Assembly: GCA_020248265.1 (NCBI GenBank)
Contig: JADCHX010000012.1
Span: forward strand, 20,378-84,377
Reading direction: 5' to 3'
Length of the DNA: 64,000 nt
DNA from: Rhodocyclaceae bacterium
GTDB taxonomy: Bacteria > Pseudomonadota > Gammaproteobacteria > Burkholderiales > CAIKXV01
Positions 11,167 to 19,060 of this stretch are shown one piece after another. The position numbers were made by a program, and so were the translations under genes. Every line of letters begins with the position of its first letter. The first letter of the stretch is position 1. Under the pieces are notes generated by a model. It saw nothing but the letters and a program-made list of their open reading frames with translations. It was not told where the DNA came from and ran no database searches.

Positions 11167-11943
11167 CTAGTCTTCCCAGACCTTTTCGGGCAGCGGCAGT
11201 CCCTTCAGGTCTTCCGCCGTCAGCGGCTGGTCGGGCTCGATACCCATCCTCGACAGCAGGAACTGAAGCTGCCGGGTGTGCTGGGCCGAATGCCAGGCGC
11301 AGCGCTCGAGCAGGACGGACAACGGCTGCGCCCCGAAATAGGTCTGCACGACCTGCTTCGCTGTGGGGTCTGTCTTCTCGTGCTGCGCCCACCAGTCGTG
11401 AACCCGCTGGCGTACCTCGGCCGCATAGTCGGCCACCTGCTGCGGGCGCGTGATCGAATCCGCCGGCGGTTTCACCGGCTGTTCGATCGTGAACTCGATC
11501 CCCTGGACTGCTTCCAGCATGGCTTCCTGGATGCGGACCAGATGGTGCGCCAGTTCGCGATAGGTACGTTTGCGGCCGGACATCGGCAGCAGTTCATTGA
11601 ACTTGTCGAGGGGTAGCTGCGGCACGAAGCGCTGTGCCCCGGCCAGTACCATCTCTGCGCGCTGGACCAGCTGGGCAGGGGTGAGTGCCGGCCCGCCGTC
11701 GAACTGCAGGCCGAGGAACTTCGCCACTTCAGGGATCACCTGGCCGAGTACCCACTGGTCGCCGCGCGCGACTACCGGCGTGGTCTTGGCACCGAGCGCC
11801 GTCAGTTCTGCAAGCCCTGCGGGGTCGTTGAAGATATCGATGATGTCGAATTCGATATCGAGTCGCGAAAGAAACTCTTTCGTCCGGAGGCAGCTCGTTC
11901 AGCCGGGCTTGGTGAAGAAGCGGATGCGTTGTGCCTGGGCCAT
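11167..11943 (-). CDS. Putative selenoprotein: glutaredoxin-fold domain (P-G-U-T-S-C, U = in-frame TGA at 11899-11901) fused to a DinB-fold domain
   Basis: ATG 11943 lies 5 nt downstream of GGGAGG. Translation gives [70 protein letters not shown]. It then runs in frame (204 nt = 68 codons) into track ORF 11167-11739, which is DinB-like (HHLVRIQEA..., [10 protein letters not shown]). The TGA occupies the first Cys position of a Grx CxxC motif. selA/selB/selC follow directly. The ORF track reports only the part downstream of GTG 11739. Confidence 0.7.
11866..11882 (-). promoter_or_regulatory. Candidate bacterial SECIS hairpin
   Basis: The RNA 5'-CGAAAGA-GUU-UCUUUCG-3' forms a 7-bp stem (or a 6-bp stem with an AGUUU loop). 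It starts 16 nt after the UGA and has G-U in the apical loop. A possible lower helix pairs GAG with CUC. Folded by eye only. Confidence 0.5.
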
Positions 11944-12144
11944 CGTGACCTCCCTCGATCGGTTGCGCCGCGCTATGCCGCGACGAGTCCGATATTTTAG
12001 TCCATCGTGGCGTTCATCGTGCGGTCATCGTCGGCCGCAATTGCAGGACGGCTGCTCACCGTGGATGCCGGCGGGGCCGGACGTATACTCTGGGATGACC
12101 GCGGATGCACTGCGGCGTCCATCGACGACAAGGGGGGAGTGATC

Positions 12145-12948
12145 ATGCGCAGGAACCGTATCAAGCAGCTCTGGCGCGAAGGAAAGCCGGCAGTCGGCGG
12201 ATGGCTGTCGATCCCCCACTGCTTCGCGGCCGAAGTGATGGCGCATACCGGCCTCGACTGGCTGTGCATCGACATGCAACACGGCTGCATCGATTACTCC
12301 GATGCGGTTCCGATGCTCACCGCGATCTCCACCACCGACGTGACACCGCTGGTGCGCGTGCCGTGGAACGAGCCGGCGATGATCATGAAGGTCCTCGACG
12401 CAGGGGCCTATGGCGTGATCGTGCCGATGGTCAGCAATCGCGCCGAGGCAGAGCGGGCGGTGGCGGCCTGCCGCTACCCGCCGCGCGGCATGCGCAGCAA
12501 CGGACCGAACCGGGTGCTTTACTACGCGGGTGCCGATTACCAGAAGCATGCGGACGAGGAAGTCGCCTGCGTGGTGATGATCGAGACGCCGGAAGGCATC
12601 GAGAAGATGGACGAGATCATTTCGACGCCCGGGGTCGACGCCGCCTACATCGGGCCGACCGATCTTGCGCTCGCGCTCGGCCTGCCACCGGTGATGGACA
12701 ATGACGAGCCCAGGCATGTCGCCACGGTCGATGCGATCCTCGCGTCGTGCAAGCGCCACGGCGTGGTCGCCGGCATCCACACCAACAGCTCGAAGTTCTC
12801 GCAGCGCTACATCGACCAGGGCTTCGGCATGGTGATGCTGGCACCCGACCGTGTTGCGATGTCGAACTACGTGAAGGCCGAGGCCGCGCGTCTGACCGGC
12901 TGGTCGCCGATGAAGCCGGTCGGGGCTCCCTCTGGTGGTGGCTACTAG
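12145..12948 (+). CDS. HpcH/HpaI family class II (pyruvate) aldolase
   Basis: An AGGGGGGAG RBS precedes ATG 12145. Family strings include GGWLSIPHCFAAEVMAHTGLDWLCIDMQHG, VRVPWNEPAMIMKVLDAGAYGVIVPMV, YPPRGMRS and IETPEG. The start is trimmed from 12007. Confidence 0.8.
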   Translation: MRRNRIKQLWREGKPAVGGWLSIPHCFAAEVMAHTGLDWLCIDMQHGCIDYSDAVPMLTAISTTDVTPLVRVPWNEPAMIMKVLDAGAYGVIVPMVSNRAEAERAVAACRYPPRGMRSNGPNRVLYYAGADYQKHADEEVACVVMIETPEGIEKMDEIISTPGVDAAYIGPTDLALALGLPPVMDNDEPRHVATVDAILASCKRHGVVAGIHTNSSKFSQRYIDQGFGMVMLAPDRVAMSNYVKAEAARLTGWSPMKPVGAPSGGGY

Positions 12949-12966
12949 GCCGGCGCGGAGCCATCG

Positions 12967-14139
12967 ATGTTCCTGTACGAACACGACGCGAAGTCGCTGC
13001 TCGAGACGTTCGGCGTCGCAGTGCCGCAGGGTTGCTGGGTAGGCGCCGATGGCGCGCTCGAAGGCGCGATGCCTGTGGGCCCGCTGATCGTCAAGGCACA
13101 GGTGGCCGCCGGTGGGCGCGGCAAGGCCGGGGGCATCCGGCATGCCGCCGATGGCGTGGCTGCGCTCGAGGTGGCGCAGGCCCTGCTGTCGGTGCCGCTC
13201 GCGGGGCTCGCGGTCGCCGGCTGCCGGGTCGAGCAGGCGATTGCCGGCGCGGCCGAAGTCTATCTGTCGCTCACGCTCGATGCATCGCGCGCGCAGGTCC
13301 AGGTGCTGGCGTCCGACCATGGCGGGGTCGACATCGAATCGGCCGCGCCCGACGCGCTGGTGCGAGAGTGGGCTCCGATCGATGCGGCTGCGATCGCTGC
13401 AGCGGTGGGCCGCGCGGCGCAGCGGCTGTCGCCGGCGAACCGCGAGGCGGTGGCCGATGCCGGCGAACGGCTGGCTGCGGCGTTCGTCGGGCTCGATGCA
13501 CAGGTGGTCGAGATCAATCCGCTGTTCGTGCTGCCCGCAGGCGGGCAGGCGCGATGGCTGGCGGCCGATGCGAAGCTGATTACCGACGACAACGCCCTGT
13601 ACCGGCAACCGGTCCTGTGCGGGCTGCTCGAGCGCGCGGCCGCGCGCTACCCGGAAGCGGCGCGCAAGTGGCGGCATGGCTGCGACTACGTGGTGGTCGA
13701 TCCGGCCGGCGAGATCGCGCTGCTGACCACCGGGGCCGGCCTGAGCATGATGCTGATCGATGAACTGCGTGCGCAGGGACTGCATCCGTACAACTTCCTC
13801 GACGTACGCACCGGAGGGCTGCGCGGCGATCCGCAGCGGCTGGTCGACGTGCTCGGATGGATGCGCGACGGCGCGCAGGTGCGCGTGCTGCTGGTGAACA
13901 TCTTCGCAGGGATCACCCACCTCGGTGAATTCGCGCGCCTGCTGGTGCAGGCGCTGGACGCGGTGCCGGAGTTCAGCGTGCCGGTGGTCGCACGGCTGGC
14001 CGGTCCGGGTTTCGGCGAGGCGGTCGAGATTCTCGGTGCGCGGGGCGTCAAGGTCGAGACCGACCTGGCGCGGGCGATCGACGCGGTACGCCGCGAACTC
14101 GCCTCCGCAGGCGTCCTGGCGCCCGGGGTGCTGCAGTGA
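12967..14139 (+). CDS. Succinyl-CoA synthetase beta-subunit-like ATP-grasp protein (acid--CoA ligase, ADP-forming, beta chain)
   Basis: SucC-like N-terminus MFLYEHDAKSLLETFGVAVPQG, followed by KAQVAAGGRGKAGG, EINPL and NIFAGIT. The substrate is unknown. Confidence 0.75.
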   Translation: MFLYEHDAKSLLETFGVAVPQGCWVGADGALEGAMPVGPLIVKAQVAAGGRGKAGGIRHAADGVAALEVAQALLSVPLAGLAVAGCRVEQAIAGAAEVYLSLTLDASRAQVQVLASDHGGVDIESAAPDALVREWAPIDAAAIAAAVGRAAQRLSPANREAVADAGERLAAAFVGLDAQVVEINPLFVLPAGGQARWLAADAKLITDDNALYRQPVLCGLLERAAARYPEAARKWRHGCDYVVVDPAGEIALLTTGAGLSMMLIDELRAQGLHPYNFLDVRTGGLRGDPQRLVDVLGWMRDGAQVRVLLVNIFAGITHLGEFARLLVQALDAVPEFSVPVVARLAGPGFGEAVEILGARGVKVETDLARAIDAVRRELASAGVLAPGVLQ

Positions 14140-15029
14140 CCCCGCGCCCGCCTTTTGCGCTGTCGGTCGACCGCCACACCCCGGTCCTTGTGCAGGGCAT
14201 CACCGGGCGCGCCGGGCAACGCCATGCGTGCATGATGCGCGATGCAGGCACCTCGATCGTGGCCGGTGTCAGCGCACGCGCCGACGCGCGTCCGGTGGAA
14301 GGCATCCCGGTGTTCGCCGATTGCGCGTCTGCGGTGGCGGCCACCGGTGCGGTAGCCAGCGTGCTGCTGGTTGGTGCTGCGCAGGTCCTTCCGGCGGTGA
14401 GCGAAGCACTGGCTGCCGGCATCCGGCTGCTGGTCACGCCGACCGAAGGGGTGCCGGTGCATGACGCCGTCGAAATCCGCAACCGCGTCGACGCGGCAGG
14501 CGCGACGTGGATCGGCGCATCGACGCCCGGCATGGCGATACCCGGCGAGGCCAAGCTGGGTTTTCTCCCTGACGTATCGCTGGCACCCGGACCGGTCGCG
14601 ATGGCCTCGAAGAGCGGCACGCTGTCGTACGAGGCGGGCTTTCGCCTCGTGCAGGCCGGGCTCGGGCAGTCGGCGTGGATCGGCGTCGGCGGCGATCCTG
14701 TGAAAGGCACGCGCTTCGCCGACCTCGCGCCCTGGCTCGCGCGGCACGGCCGCACCGAAGCGGTGCTGCTGGTCGGCGAAATCGGCGGCGACGAGGAAGA
14801 ATCGTTTGCGCGCGCGATCGCCCCCAGCGGCCTGGACAAGCCGGTGGTGGCGCTCATCGCCGGACGCACGGCCCCGGGCGGGGTCAGCATGGGCCATGCG
14901 GGCGCGCTCACCTGGGGCAGCTTCGGCACCTGGGAAGCGAAGCGGGCGGCGCTGGCCGATGCCGGCGTGGACGTATGCGCGACGATCGACGAGGCGGTGC
15001 AGGCGCTCGCGCGCGCGCTCGGGCGATGA
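14136..15029 (+). CDS. Succinyl-CoA synthetase alpha-subunit-like protein (CoA-binding, phosphohistidine subunit)
   Basis: VLVQGITGRAG CoA-binding motif, SKSGTLSYE, and GHAGA with the catalytic His. There is a 4-nt overlap with the beta-like gene. Confidence 0.8.
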   Translation: MTPRPPFALSVDRHTPVLVQGITGRAGQRHACMMRDAGTSIVAGVSARADARPVEGIPVFADCASAVAATGAVASVLLVGAAQVLPAVSEALAAGIRLLVTPTEGVPVHDAVEIRNRVDAAGATWIGASTPGMAIPGEAKLGFLPDVSLAPGPVAMASKSGTLSYEAGFRLVQAGLGQSAWIGVGGDPVKGTRFADLAPWLARHGRTEAVLLVGEIGGDEEESFARAIAPSGLDKPVVALIAGRTAPGGVSMGHAGALTWGSFGTWEAKRAALADAGVDVCATIDEAVQALARALGR

Positions 15030-15066
15030 CACTCGAACAGCAACAGGCAGCTGAACGGAGGACACC

Positions 15067-16233
15067 TTGGATTTTCGACTGACCGCTGAACAGCGGGCGC
15101 TGGTGGATGCGGTGGCACAGGTCAGGCGCGACGTGCTCGAACCGAACGCGATGAGATGGCTCGACGGCACCTGGCCCGCCGAGAACCTGAAGGCACTCGC
15201 CGGTATCGGCGTGATGGGCATGGCGGTGCCCGAAGAGTACGGCGGATCCGGCATGGGCATCTTCGAGACCGCGCTCGCGCTCGAGGAGATCGGCAAGGCG
15301 TGCTACGTCACGGCCATGGCGGTGCTCGGCGAGGTGGGTACCCAGACGCGAATCATCTCGACCTACGCGCCCGAGCATGTCAAGCGTGCGATCCTGCCCC
15401 GGGTCGCCACCGGCGAGGCCATCCTTTCGATCTGCATGACCGAGCCCGATGCCGGAACCGACGTCGCGAACTACCGGACGAACACGCGCATCGACGGCGA
15501 GAAGGTGGTGATCAACGGGGTGAAGACCCTGATCAGCCGCGCCGACATCGCCGACATGATGGTGGTATTCACCCGGGTCGACAACGTGCCTGGCGGCGCG
15601 GGTATCGGTTGCGTGCTGGTCGAGAAGGGCGCGCCCGGTGTCACAGCGACTGCCAAGTATCACACGATGGGCGGCGAGTACCTGTGCGAGGTGGTGTTCG
15701 ACAACTGCGTGCAGCCGCGCGAGCACCTCGTGATCACCGACAACGGTATCAAGCGCCTGATGAGTGCGTTCAACACCCAGCGTATCCTCAATCCGGCCAT
15801 CTGCCTCGGCCTGGCCGAAGGCGCGCTCGAGGCGTCGGTGCGCTATCTGCGCGACCGCTCGGCGTTCGGCAAGCCGATCGGCGAGTTCCAGGGCATGCGC
15901 TGGAAGGCGGCCGACATGTTCGTCGACATCGAGGCTGCACGCAGCCTGCTCTGGCGGGCCGCGCACTCCGGCGACCAGTTCCCGGACCCGACGCTCGCGG
16001 CGGCGGCGAAGATCTACTGCAACGAAATGGGCATCCGCGTGACCAGCGAAGCGGTCCAGGTCCACGGTGGCTACGGCTTCACCGACGAATTCGCGGTGTC
16101 GCGCTTCTTCCGTGGCGTGCGCTACGGCAGCCTCGGCGGCGGCACCACCGAGACGCTGCGCAACCTGGTCGCGCGCAAGCTGGTCGACGACATGGACCTG
16201 GCGACCGGGCTGGCGGGCCTCGGTACTTTCTGA
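15067..16233 (+). CDS. Acyl-CoA dehydrogenase family protein
   Basis: 388 aa with the typical ACAD layout and strings (LTEPDAGTDV, FNTQRI, IYCNEMGIRVTSEAVQVHGGYGF, GGGTTETLRNLV). Confidence 0.85.
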   Translation: MDFRLTAEQRALVDAVAQVRRDVLEPNAMRWLDGTWPAENLKALAGIGVMGMAVPEEYGGSGMGIFETALALEEIGKACYVTAMAVLGEVGTQTRIISTYAPEHVKRAILPRVATGEAILSICMTEPDAGTDVANYRTNTRIDGEKVVINGVKTLISRADIADMMVVFTRVDNVPGGAGIGCVLVEKGAPGVTATAKYHTMGGEYLCEVVFDNCVQPREHLVITDNGIKRLMSAFNTQRILNPAICLGLAEGALEASVRYLRDRSAFGKPIGEFQGMRWKAADMFVDIEAARSLLWRAAHSGDQFPDPTLAAAAKIYCNEMGIRVTSEAVQVHGGYGFTDEFAVSRFFRGVRYGSLGGGTTETLRNLVARKLVDDMDLATGLAGLGTF

Positions 16234-16264
16234 TCATCCGACTACACACACTGGGAGAACGGCA

Positions 16265-17044
16265 ATGGATCTGGGACTCGGCGGCAAGGTCGCCATCGTC
16301 ACTGGCGGCAGCGAAGGTATCGGCCGTGCGACCGCCATACGGCTGGCCGCCGAAGGCGCGAAGGTCGCCATCTGCGCGCGCCGGCAGGGACCGCTGGACG
16401 AGGTCGCGGCGACGATAAGGGCGGCGGGCGGCGAGGTGACTGCGGTCAGCGTCGACGTGATGTCGGCCGAGGCACTGAAGGCATTCATCGATGGCGTCGC
16501 AGCAAAGTACGGTCGAATCGATATCCTGGTCAACAACGCCGGGACGTCGATCTCGAAGCACTTCAGCGAGATCGACGACGCTACGTGGCACCTCGACCTC
16601 GAACTCAAGCTGATGGGCGCCGTGCGTGGCTGCCGTGCGGTGATCCCGTACATGCAGAAGCAGGGCGGCGGGCGCATTGTCAACATCACCACCATCGGTG
16701 GCAAGCAGCCGCGGCCCAGTTCGACACCGACCTCGGTCACGCGCGCCGCCGGCCTGGCCCTGACCAAGGCGCTGTCGAAGGACTATGCGAAAGACAACAT
16801 CCTGGTGAACACGGTCTGCATCGGCCTGATCAAGAGCGGCCAGCACGAGAAGCGCGCCGACAAGGCGGGCACCCCGCGCGAGGTCTACTACGCCGACAAG
16901 GCGAAGGCGGCGGGTATTCCGCTCGGGCGCTTCGGCGAGGCGGCGGAGGCGGCGAACGTGATCGCATTCCTGGCCTCTGATGCGGCCAGCTATGTCACCG
17001 GCAGCAGCGTCAACCTCGATGGGGGGACCTCGGGCGCGCTGTAG
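16265..17044 (+). CDS. Short-chain dehydrogenase/reductase (SDR)
   Basis: GKVAIVTGGSEGIGRA (TGxxxGxG), NNAG, and a classical-SDR length of 259 aa. The start is trimmed to ATG 16265. Confidence 0.85.
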   Translation: MDLGLGGKVAIVTGGSEGIGRATAIRLAAEGAKVAICARRQGPLDEVAATIRAAGGEVTAVSVDVMSAEALKAFIDGVAAKYGRIDILVNNAGTSISKHFSEIDDATWHLDLELKLMGAVRGCRAVIPYMQKQGGGRIVNITTIGGKQPRPSSTPTSVTRAAGLALTKALSKDYAKDNILVNTVCIGLIKSGQHEKRADKAGTPREVYYADKAKAAGIPLGRFGEAAEAANVIAFLASDAASYVTGSSVNLDGGTSGAL

Positions 17045-17099
17045 GCGCAGGCATCGGCGGCGTCCATCATCGTCTGCACGGCAGCGGCGCCGCCCTGGC

Positions 17100-18296
17100 T
17101 CAGCACTCGCGAACGACCAGCGGCACCCACATCTCGGCCGGCGTGGTGCCGCCGTGTACCCCGATCAGCCGATGGCGGTTCTCGCCGGGCAGCCAGTCCT
17201 TGATCGTCCATCCGGGACGCATCATCAGCAGGTAGTCGCCGATGCGGCGGGCGAAGGCCGGGTGGTCGGCACCGGTCGGTTCTCCGAACCATCCCTCCGA
17301 GACGGCCTGGGCCGAAGGCAGCAGGTCGAGTGCGTGCCCGAGTTCCGCGACGACTGCGTGCTCGAAGGCAGTTGCCATGCCGGGCTTCACATAGGCATAC
17401 GAGAGCCGCCGTTCGCCGCACAGCGGATGCGCCAGCATCGCTGCGATGCCCGGATGGCGCTCGATCTCGATGCCGCGCGCTTCCGGCGAATCGATGAACC
17501 CGTGGTCGGCCGTGACCAGCACCAGCGTATCGGTGCCGGCCAGCCGCTCGATCATCGAACGGAAGCCCTGGTCGAACCGCCATAGTTCCGAGGCCACCTC
17601 CAGGCTGTGCGTGCCGTGGTCATGGCTGTTGGAGTCGATCTCCGGGTAGTACGCGTAGATGAACTGGCGCGCGTCGGACGCATGGACCGCGCGCACCACC
17701 TGGTCGAAGAACTGGTCGCGCGTCTGGTAGGGGAAACGCAGTGCCGGACCGTTGTGCGCGAGGTTGTAGTCGGAATCGATGATCCAGCGTGGCGACACGG
17801 TGGCCGTGCCGCTGCCGAGGCGCGTCGCCAGCGGCACGGGATGCTCGAAGAAATGCAGCGGATTGATGCCGATCTCGCGCAGGAAGCGGCGGTCGCCACG
17901 GGTGCGGAACGGCAGGATGGTCGCCACTGCCGCGATCTCGTCGAGCCAGATGTTCCAGCCGGTCAGCCCGTGTTCGCGCGGCGAATGGCCCGTCAGGAAG
18001 GTGGTGATTGCCGTGGCCGTGGTCGACGGGAACACGGAATTGATGCGTCCTGCCCTGTGCGCCATGAACGCGGTGTCGCGGCCGTGCGCGCAGAGATAGT
18101 CGTCGCCCAGGCCGTCGATGACCATCAGCACCACCCGGCGCGCTGCCTGTACTCGTGCCGGGGGCAGCAGGTCCAGCATCGGATGCCCGGTCGCGCGCTG
18201 GCCGGGACGGGTACCCAGGCCGGCCTCGATCGAGGCCATCAGATTGACGAGGCTGCGTCCGCGGTAATCGGGACGTACCGCCTCGGCTGCGTTCAA
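17100..18296 (-). CDS. Alkaline-phosphatase superfamily protein (type I phosphodiesterase/nucleotide pyrophosphatase-like)
   Basis: VLMVIDGLGDDYL, FPSTTATAITTFLTG (metal/nucleophile motif), DSNSHDHG and TADHGF. The start is tentatively TTG 18296, just after the upstream stop. The track ORF reaches 18398. Confidence 0.65.
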   Translation of the reverse strand: MNAAEAVRPDYRGRSLVNLMASIEAGLGTRPGQRATGHPMLDLLPPARVQAARRVVLMVIDGLGDDYLCAHGRDTAFMAHRAGRINSVFPSTTATAITTFLTGHSPREHGLTGWNIWLDEIAAVATILPFRTRGDRRFLREIGINPLHFFEHPVPLATRLGSGTATVSPRWIIDSDYNLAHNGPALRFPYQTRDQFFDQVVRAVHASDARQFIYAYYPEIDSNSHDHGTHSLEVASELWRFDQGFRSMIERLAGTDTLVLVTADHGFIDSPEARGIEIERHPGIAAMLAHPLCGERRLSYAYVKPGMATAFEHAVVAELGHALDLLPSAQAVSEGWFGEPTGADHPAFARRIGDYLLMMRPGWTIKDWLPGENRHRLIGVHGGTTPAEMWVPLVVREC

Positions 18297-18300
18297 CGGG

Positions 18301-18837
18301 TCAGGGCCGCGTGGACGTACTGCGCTCGACCGCACTGTCGGACGTAGCGCTCCGGACCACGACCGGAATGGCATGCCGCCCGAGACGGACCTTGGCAACC
18401 TGCGGGATCGGCTCCGCCCGGAACGACGGGCAGGCGTACAGATCGATGTCGCCCTTGCTTATCGGGTAATCGGCACAGGTGAGCTGTCTGAAGAACCAGT
18501 TGCCGTAGATCCTGCATCTGGAGTGTCCCTGCTCGTCACGGTCGAGGAACACGCAGGCCTGGAACAGGCAGCATTCGCCGCAATGGCTGCACTCGCCCTC
18601 GATCTTCCAGGACGTGCCCTGCTCGGCGGCACGCTTTTCGCCGTAGACGCGGCGGGCGATCACCTCGGCCTTTGCCATCGCCTGAAGCGTACGCGCAAGC
18701 CGACCGATGGTCTGGCGATAGTTGCGCACATAGGCGCGATCCCAGGCCAGCAGGCTGGCGAAGACCGGGGACAATGGAAGCCCGACCCACATCACCGAGA
18801 GGAGGATGGTTTCTACGACGCGACCGAGGGCATGCAT
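18301..18837 (-). CDS. Membrane-anchored YkgJ-like cysteine-cluster (zinc/iron-chelating) protein
   Basis: An N-terminal hydrophobic helix is followed by a CSHCGECC...C...C...C cluster resembling the CxxCGxCC motif of the YkgJ/UPF0153 family. The function is unknown. Confidence 0.5.
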   Translation of the reverse strand: MHALGRVVETILLSVMWVGLPLSPVFASLLAWDRAYVRNYRQTIGRLARTLQAMAKAEVIARRVYGEKRAAEQGTSWKIEGECSHCGECCLFQACVFLDRDEQGHSRCRIYGNWFFRQLTCADYPISKGDIDLYACPSFRAEPIPQVAKVRLGRHAIPVVVRSATSDSAVERSTSTRP

Positions 18838-19060
18838 CAGATTCAGGAGTTCCAGTGCCTGTCATTGCCCGGCGCGCAGCACCGGGATGTCACGTCCGCG
18901 GGTGCGAGGCGACACTACGAGTGGGCGGGATGATACCGACTGGGCGTGCATCCGGAAACCGAAATCGGCGTGCACGAAGGCAGGCCGAGGCGCAGCCACA
19001 GCATGCCTTAACCCCGGTTTAACGCAGTGGCGGTGCGCGCGTGCGGGGTGCCCGGGCCGG

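Noticed and set aside
12025-15296. 631-aa and 536-aa minus-strand ORFs (12025-13920 and 13686-15296)
   Set aside because: They are antisense to the HpcH aldolase and SucCD-like genes. Their composition is Arg/Pro/His-rich and they carry no domain signatures.
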